A stretch of 33,162 nucleotides of DNA from a virus (taxonomy: Duplodnaviria > Caudoviricetes). Below the pieces are notes generated by a model. The model was not told where the DNA came from, ran no database searches, and saw only the letters and a program-made list of their open reading frames with translations. This document shows, piece after piece, positions 28,124 to 33,162 of this stretch. How positions within the stretch are numbered: position 1 is the stretch's first letter; each line of letters starts with the position of its first letter. Made by a program: the position numbers and the translations under genes. The stretch covers positions 1 to 33,162 of IMG/VR virus record IMGVR_UViG_3300030376_005255; one strand, 5' to 3'.

Positions 28124-29338
28124 TTAATATGCTTCCCACACAACTCTCTTGTGCATTTCTTGAGCTCCAAGTGCAAGTGCGTCTACCATGTCATCATGCG
28201 AACCTAGTGGAAATGCAAGGAGCTCACGCTCTAGGTTCGGTAGCCATGGTGCTTCCGCTTTCATAAGTACATTTCCGCTCTCCATCCTAGCTGATAATGG
28301 TAAAGCTTTGGTTATTTTATCTTTATCTGCTTTCATTTCTTGTACACGATAACCTTCTCTTGAAAGCATTTGTGAAACAGTTTTAGATAATCCAACATTT
28401 TCTATACAAACATGAGTCCAATTATATCTTTGATACATGTTTTTAATTTCAGGAAATACATCAGGGCCTTCAACTTTTACTTGTTTTACATCATTAACAA
28501 ATAAAGTTCCATCACTATGCTTTGCAAAATCTACTATTGCTGTGTAGTCAGAACTAGTAGCAGTAGTAACTGCAATATCTGCTGCCCCAAAATGTGTTAG
28601 TTCAAGTGGGTCCCATGTACCACCACCACCTGACCACAAACCATTTTCTGTTTTTTCATAATACGATAACCAATGAGGTTTAAAAAGAGATTGTCCATCT
28701 TCAACAAACTCTGCTAGATATTCTTGTGTATAAATAATTGAACCCACTTCTTTCTTAGCAACTTCTACTTCATCAGGGTCTATTGCAGGATTGTCAGTCG
28801 TAGCAAATCTAAAGGTTTCCCAATTGTCATCATCTTCAGCCATTTTCCATAAATCATAAAACCAGTTATTCATTCCCATAGGAGTGCTAATAAATAAAGC
28901 TCCACCTTTTCTTTCAGTAAGAGTAGGTCTTAAAACTTCTCTCCATACTTCAGGTTTAACAAAAGCTGCTTCATCCATTACTAAGAAGTCCAAACCTTCA
29001 CCTCTTAATCTTTGTGGATTGTCTGCAGACTTAGCAGCAATATATCCGCCATTCTCAAATTGAACTTCCATATTTGCTAAAGAAACTTTTGGTCTTATTT
29101 CTTGAGGGAAAGACATAGCAGCAGATTCAATAGCTCTCCAACCAACTCTAGCTATTGAAAATGTAGGAGCAACCCACCAAGCTCTCTTGCCTTCTAATGC
29201 AGCTTGAATACAAAGTTGAACTCCTAATCTTGTTTTACCAAACCTTCTTCCTGCACAAAGTACTTTCCATCTTGATTCTGAATTAGCTACTTCTTCTTGT
29301 GCTGGATGTAACAAAGGAAGTTTGGCAGAATATTTCAT
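28124..29338 (-). CDS. terL: Terminase large subunit (404 aa)
   Basis: Walker A AGRRFGKT, LRGEGLD-FLVMDEAA Walker B, ISTP motif, and nuclease residues in AADIA, SDYTA and HDDMVDA. Confidence 0.96.
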   Translation of the reverse strand: MKYSAKLPLLHPAQEEVANSESRWKVLCAGRRFGKTRLGVQLCIQAALEGKRAWWVAPTFSIARVGWRAIESAAMSFPQEIRPKVSLANMEVQFENGGYIAAKSADNPQRLRGEGLDFLVMDEAAFVKPEVWREVLRPTLTERKGGALFISTPMGMNNWFYDLWKMAEDDDNWETFRFATTDNPAIDPDEVEVAKKEVGSIIYTQEYLAEFVEDGQSLFKPHWLSYYEKTENGLWSGGGGTWDPLELTHFGAADIAVTTATSSDYTAIVDFAKHSDGTLFVNDVKQVKVEGPDVFPEIKNMYQRYNWTHVCIENVGLSKTVSQMLSREGYRVQEMKADKDKITKALPLSARMESGNVLMKAEAPWLPNLERELLAFPLGSHDDMVDALALGAQEMHKRVVWEAY

Positions 29339-29829
29339 TCCCCTTCGTAATCATCCCAAGTTTCAAGTAATGCAAAAACAGTTTCTTCCAACTTATCTAA
29401 TTCCATCACAACCATTCCATCTGATGTACCATCAGGCATTGCTACAAAAAGGAAAGGTTTATTGTTTCCTATGGCAGAATTATTTTCATCTGATTGTTGT
29501 TTAGCTGCTTTAAATTTTGTCCATAAAGATTGAACTTGTTTACCTGCTTTTACTTCTACACGAACATGACCTAACCAACTTTCCTCATGTCCCATCATTG
29601 AACGAAATTTAGTATTAGGTATCTTAAGTTTTTTTCTAGCAAGGTTTTGTTTTCTTCTACCTTTATTCCTATTACGCCTTGCTCTCTGTGCGGCTTCACT
29701 TTTAGCAGGGTCATCTGGGTTGTATCTCTTTTGTCCCATAGCTACATTAAACCCTGGGCCTTTTTCTCTAAGCTTCCTTGATTTATATTCCGAATAAGTT
29801 TCATCATCTCGCATGTCGAATCCTGACAT
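29335..29829 (-). CDS. Putative PD-(D/E)xK / Hjc-like nuclease (about 164 aa)
   Basis: RNRNKGRRKQ helix, VRVEVKAG, A..Q, KPFLFV and MVVMEL resemble phage Hjc-type resolvases. Start set at ATG 29829, just after the upstream TAG. ATGA overlap with terL. Confidence 0.5.
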   Translation of the reverse strand: MSGFDMRDDETYSEYKSRKLREKGPGFNVAMGQKRYNPDDPAKSEAAQRARRNRNKGRRKQNLARKKLKIPNTKFRSMMGHEESWLGHVRVEVKAGKQVQSLWTKFKAAKQQSDENNSAIGNNKPFLFVAMPDGTSDGMVVMELDKLEETVFALLETWDDYEGE

Positions 29830-29830
29830 C

Positions 29831-30076
29831 CTACCACCTGTACTTTCTTTTCTTAGCCTTCTCATATTTTTGATATGAGGTTGTTGTTAAATTACTTGGG
29901 TCTTTTTCCCATTCTACATCAATTGGTGTTTCAAACATTACGTTCCTAGAAATTTGTCTTTGTGTAGGACTAGAACATTTAGGACAATTTATTTTTGGTT
30001 CTTCTTTAATTCCATATGTAACTTCAAAAAGAAATTCACAAATATCTTTAATGCATTTATGTTCATATCTAGGCAT
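29831..30076 (-). CDS. FmdB-like zinc-ribbon protein (81 aa)
   Basis: MPRYEHKC....C...FEV..........CPKC signature. Confidence 0.85.
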   Translation of the reverse strand: MPRYEHKCIKDICEFLFEVTYGIKEEPKINCPKCSSPTQRQISRNVMFETPIDVEWEKDPSNLTTTSYQKYEKAKKRKYRW

Positions 30077-30082
30077 GGGGTA

Positions 30083-30088
30083 AGTATA
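30083..30088 (-). promoter_or_regulatory. -10 box (TATACT) for a probable leaderless transcript starting at ATG 30076
   Basis: TATACT-TACCCC-ATG with 6-nt spacing and no SD. Confidence 0.55.
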
Positions 30089-30100
30089 GTAGTTATTTTG

Positions 30101-30160
30101 AATACGGCTATCCTATGGACAGCCGATGATGGGAGGAGGTCGGTGTGGATGCCGACTATT
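30101..30160 (-). ncRNA. Candidate structured RNA with CCUCCUCCC (anti-Shine-Dalgarno, cuckoo-like) loop
   Basis: GC-rich intergenic island that folds by eye as CGGC-AUCC-ACA-CCGA[CCUCCUCCCAUCA]UCGG-C-UGU-CCAUA-GGAU-A-GCCG. Confidence 0.5.
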
Positions 30161-30165
30161 TAATA

Positions 30166-30378
30166 TTAGCTGTTACGAACTTTCCTAGTGGTATTTGAGA
30201 CTACCTTTGGATAAAAAATATTTAAATAATTTTCTATGTAAAAAGTTATATCTTCTTGTACAGGAACAATAAATTTTTCAACAAGTTGTTTTTCTTTAAT
30301 CATTGAAACAAGATATTCTTTTTCATTTAGTATTTTTATTTTGAATCTGCATCCTGCGTATATAAAATCTTGAATCAT
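30166..30378 (-). CDS. Hypothetical protein (70 aa)
   Basis: Co-oriented ORF. TGG-TATATT (extended -10-like) lies 9 nt upstream of the ATG. Confidence 0.55.
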   Translation of the reverse strand: MIQDFIYAGCRFKIKILNEKEYLVSMIKEKQLVEKFIVPVQEDITFYIENYLNIFYPKVVSNTTRKVRNS

Positions 30379-30412
30379 GATTCTTTAAATATACCATAGG
30401 GGTTTGGTATTT

Positions 30413-30446
30413 CAGAAAAGGAATTCCCGCCTCGCAGGACGGGTTC
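30413..30446 (-). terminator. Possible terminator hairpin downstream of the exonuclease gene
   Basis: CCCG(T)CCT-GCG-AGGCGGG followed by AATTCCTTTTCT in an otherwise AT-rich gap. Confidence 0.35.
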
Positions 30447-30514
30447 TTAATCCCTTTGAAAAGTATTCTTACTATGGAACTTCCATAGATGATTACAAAT
30501 TAATCTTAATACTA

Positions 30515-31096
30515 TTAAATAAATATCCAATCAGGTTTTTCATTTATACTTTGAAAAATCTTTGATAGCATTCTTACATCTTCAATAGCTGAGTGTGCTT
30601 CATAAGTTTCATCGAACATCCATTTAGCTACATCAACTTGACTATGCTTTCTGTCTGGATACATTTTTTTAATTTCTGCTTTAGTATCTCTCCATTTACA
30701 AAGTGGTGGCATTAGATTATATTTCTCACATGTCTGTTCCATAACAACTTTATCAAATCCAAATGCGTTGTGTGCTACAGCTGTCTTACCAGTGAGAACA
30801 CGCTGCACTTCTGGGAACACATCTGTCCATTTTTGCAGGTCATCTCTCTTAATAAATTTATCAGGCTCATAACCATGTACTTCTGTAGCCCAACTTTTAC
30901 CTTTAACAACGAAATCTGGGTGGGGTTCTATGAAGTAATGGTATTCCATACCACTAGATAAATCTATTAAGGCTAATTCAATAGGGTCATACCACGTCTT
31001 TGATTTAAAATATCCTAGTTCTTTGGGTGGTGTGTTGAATATATCACAACCAGTTGTCTCAAAATCTAGGATTACAAACTTATCTTCCATATTCAT
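30515..31096 (-). CDS. DEDDh (DnaQ-like) 3'-5' exonuclease, copy 1
   Basis: ExoI ILDFETTG, ExoII AHNAFGFD, ExoIII HSAIED. Confidence 0.9.
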   Translation of the reverse strand: MNMEDKFVILDFETTGCDIFNTPPKELGYFKSKTWYDPIELALIDLSSGMEYHYFIEPHPDFVVKGKSWATEVHGYEPDKFIKRDDLQKWTDVFPEVQRVLTGKTAVAHNAFGFDKVVMEQTCEKYNLMPPLCKWRDTKAEIKKMYPDRKHSQVDVAKWMFDETYEAHSAIEDVRMLSKIFQSINEKPDWIFI

Positions 31097-31325
31097 CCAA
31101 TGGTTTGAGGCGTTTTATCTTTTCTGGTATCTCATAACCCTGTGTTTCAAGCCAATAAAACATTTCATGTCTAGTAAATGGACCTACTAACATAGGTTCA
31201 TCATCTCTAGTAAGCCATATCTCCCAATACCAAACAGGTATCTTAGCTTTTTTTCTCTTGCTTTTGCCTTCGTTCTCGTCGAATAGCGCGTCGTTCACGT
31301 TCAGATTTACCACCCCATATTCCAA
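31080..31325 (-). CDS. Hypothetical protein; start uncertain (overlaps the whiB 3' end by 83 nt)
   Basis: The frame covers the gap between whiB and the exonuclease and encodes a Trp-rich segment. No well-placed start after the whiB stop except a late Met. Confidence 0.4.
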   Translation of the reverse strand: MEYGVVNLNVNDALFDENEGKSKRKKAKIPVWYWEIWLTRDDEPMLVGPFTRHEMFYWLETQGYEIPEKIKRLKPLDEYGR

Positions 31326-31509
31326 ATCGTTCTTTTCTTTCTACTGCGAATTCTAGGCACTCCTCTCTAACATCACAGTCTTTGCATATAGCCTTGGCTT
31401 TAACAGTTGAACCACCTCTTTCTGGAAAAAACAAATCCTGATTCTCTCCAACACAGTTTGCATCTTTATAAAATCCTGGGATTTCAAGTATGTCTGCCAG
31501 CGTCGCTAT
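31243..31509 (-). CDS. whiB: WhiB-family Fe-S transcriptional regulator (88 aa from an ATA start)
   Basis: ANC.....DLFFP........AKAICKDCDVREECL.FA......GIWGG.SERER: four Cys, the G(I/V)WGG turn and a basic tail. The track's TTG start omits the first Cys. Confidence 0.92.
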   Translation of the reverse strand: MATLADILEIPGFYKDANCVGENQDLFFPERGGSTVKAKAICKDCDVREECLEFAVERKERFGIWGGKSERERRAIRRERRQKQEKKS

Positions 31510-31738
31510 AGATACTCTCCCTTATTGTTAATTACATAGTAGAGAGTAAGCTAAAGACTTAATAGATTTAATAAGATATACAGCATAACCATCCTAAAGG
31601 GCTTTATTCTTTAGTATTTTTCCATCTTGAGTCTAGTACGGAGTCAAAAAAATTTTTTTTCTGGGTTTCTCTAGTCTATACGGGGTTTGTAGAGTTGAAA
31701 CAACGTTGAAATTATAAAAATGTGTGGGGGGAGCTAAG

Positions 31739-32176
31739 CTAATCCCCGTATTCTATTTGGAATTGTACGACCTCATCCTTGTCCCTGATATCCATAGTAG
31801 AACGTTTGCCCCACTTCTGAGGGAACGACCTCTCTAAGAACCAGGCCGACGCTTGCCATGTGCCATTGTCTGCAGCTTTCCTAATGTTCCTAATGTGTGC
31901 TCCCTCTGCTTCGGCTCTTGCTCTTTTTATAGAGTCCGAAAACTCCGAATACATGTTAACAACCTCGACTTCACCGTCCTCTTGTACTGCTGGTAAGGAA
32001 GAAGGGTCACCTGACTCTAGGGCTTTCTGATGCTCTTCACCCTTTTTCATCCAGTCATAGTAGGTAGAAGTAGAGATACCAGCCATAGTGGCCGCGTCCT
32101 CTTGATAGTAACCAAGCTTAAGCCAGTTACAAATCTCATCAATCTTATCTTGAGTTAGTTTGGTAGGTCTTGCCAT
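31739..32176 (-). CDS. terS: Probable terminase small subunit (HTH), 145 aa
   Basis: MARPTKLT..., HTH AATMAGISTSTYYDW, ..IKRARAEAE.., WQASAWFLER..P.KWG. First gene of the packaging strand. Confidence 0.7.
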   Translation of the reverse strand: MARPTKLTQDKIDEICNWLKLGYYQEDAATMAGISTSTYYDWMKKGEEHQKALESGDPSSLPAVQEDGEVEVVNMYSEFSDSIKRARAEAEGAHIRNIRKAADNGTWQASAWFLERSFPQKWGKRSTMDIRDKDEVVQFQIEYGD

Positions 32177-32182
32177 GAGATG

Positions 32183-32191
32183 ATTGTATCA
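32183..32191 (-). promoter_or_regulatory. Extended -10 promoter (TGA-TACAAT) for a probable leaderless terS transcript
   Basis: TGnTACAAT-CATCTC-ATG with 6-nt spacing and no SD. Confidence 0.6.
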
Positions 32192-32348
32192 CAGAAGAGG
32201 TGGGGAGTGGGGGATAGGGGGGTGACGATTTCACCTCTACATTGAAAACTAGAAAAAAATTTGCGAGGAGCCAAGTATATAAAATGTATATGTTTTTTTG
32301 ATTTAACAATGCCCCTACCCACACAGGTTCTTAATGAAAGGAGAACTA

Positions 32349-33023
32349 ATGACTAACAAACAAAATACTAACGACATATCAAAGCATAGAAAGGAGAGAA
32401 AGATGAAAACTTATGCACTAGATATAGAGACTGTATCCAATCAAGGTGAGGACTATTTCAAGAATAGACATTGGAATGACCTCATAACTATAGCAATAGT
32501 TAATGTTGAGGATACTACTGAGCAATACTACTGGAGTGTCAGACCACCTGAGGAGTACTATAACTCTTCTGGGTGGTGGGATGGTCATGGACTATCTTGG
32601 GATACTCAAAGAGATATGCCAACTCTAGATATAGTATGGCCTGAAATCTATGAGTTACTAGAGGGTCAAACAGTAGTAGCACATAATGCCTTTGGATTTG
32701 ATAGAGAAGCATTTATTAAATCAGCTAGACATTATAACTTAACACTACCTAATACAAGATGGATAGATACTAAGTATGAAGCTAGAAACATATGGAAACT
32801 AGATAGGTCACAATCATCATTAGAGAATCTATGTAAGACTTATACATCATATGATAAAGCAAATCACCACAATGCACTAGCAGATACTCTCATGCTTGCA
32901 GGTCTATATAACTTTATGATATCTAAAGAAATCTTTGACTATTCATGGACAGTCAAGCTATCTATGGCTGACACTGATGATACAACACTAGTCAATACAA
33001 TGTTTAACAATTGTCCATTTTAA
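32349..33023 (+). CDS. DEDDh (DnaQ-like) 3'-5' exonuclease, copy 2
   Basis: ALDIET, AHNAFGFD, HNALAD. Two in-frame ATGs (32349 and 32403) each follow an AAAGGAGA SD. Confidence 0.9.
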   Translation: MTNKQNTNDISKHRKERKMKTYALDIETVSNQGEDYFKNRHWNDLITIAIVNVEDTTEQYYWSVRPPEEYYNSSGWWDGHGLSWDTQRDMPTLDIVWPEIYELLEGQTVVAHNAFGFDREAFIKSARHYNLTLPNTRWIDTKYEARNIWKLDRSQSSLENLCKTYTSYDKANHHNALADTLMLAGLYNFMISKEIFDYSWTVKLSMADTDDTTLVNTMFNNCPF

Positions 33024-33044
33024 TAATAAAGAAAGGAGAGAACA

Positions 33045-33162
33045 ATGTATATCACAATTGATATGCTGACTGACCCAATGTTTTACTTGGGTCTTGTACC
33101 GTTTATGTTCTTCTTAGGTGGCAAGTGGTCACCTTTGAGCAAATTAAAATGGTATAGAACGT
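33045..33162 (+). CDS. Partial hypothetical protein with hydrophobic N-terminus (MYITIDMLTDPMFYLGLVPFMFFLGG...)
   Basis: AAAGGAGAG SD. Frame open to the window end. Confidence 0.55.
   Translation, partial: MYITIDMLTDPMFYLGLVPFMFFLGGKWSPLSKLKWYRT

Larger units (their letters stand above)
1..33162. mobile_element. Tailed phage (siphovirus-like) genome segment: packaging, head and tail modules
   Basis: Colinear terS...terL-portal-protease-MCP-connectors-tail tube-TAC-tape measure-tail tip-fibre order, tightly packed with TAATG/ATGA overlaps. No host housekeeping genes or integrase in the window. Confidence 0.96.

Noticed and set aside
1497-31000. Many plus-strand ORFs in the track (e.g. 1497-1805, 2060-2467, 10478-11062, 13037-13423, 18048-18356, 23708-24040, 29954-30163)
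   Set aside because: They are antisense shadows of well-supported minus-strand genes or of a structured gap, with no recognisable motifs.
31432-31434. TTG start for whiB
   Set aside because: It removes the first of the four Fe-S Cys ligands.
1-33162. CRISPR array, tRNA, rRNA, integrase/att site, transposase
   Set aside because: No regularly spaced repeat-spacer units, cloverleaf or relevant motifs seen. Intergenic space is minimal. A tRNAscan/Infernal run on 31530-31738 and 32177-32348 would confirm.

Overview
An AT-rich (roughly one-third GC by eye) segment of a tailed dsDNA phage genome with siphovirus-type gene order. Nearly all genes are on the minus strand. From right to left they are: terminase small subunit, WhiB, DEDDh exonuclease, FmdB-like zinc ribbon, Hjc-like nuclease, terminase large subunit, HK97-type portal, prohead protease, major capsid protein, small charged proteins, head-tail joining proteins, tail terminator, major tail protein, frameshifted tail assembly chaperones, tape measure, distal tail and tail-tip proteins, and tail fibres running off the left edge. 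A divergent plus-strand unit starts at about 32.3 kb. WhiB, candidate leaderless promoters and low GC suggest a streamlined low-GC actinobacterial host such as Ca. Actinomarina (inference). The main unusual theme is domain accretion in virion proteins. (1) A tail-tip gene appears broken inside a LamG domain by a GH24 lysozyme module with its own ATG. (2) A 1243-aa protein occupies the slot of the normally ~140-aa HK97 gp10 neck protein. (3) The portal and protease carry strings of extra domains separated by candidate Lys cleavage sites. Other points: an intergenic hairpin displaying CCUCCUCCC (cuckoo/anti-SD-like), a whiB gene that needs an ATA start, a 21-aa polybasic microprotein missed by the ORF track, and apparent GATC avoidance. 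All family assignments come from motif recognition by eye; no database searches were run.
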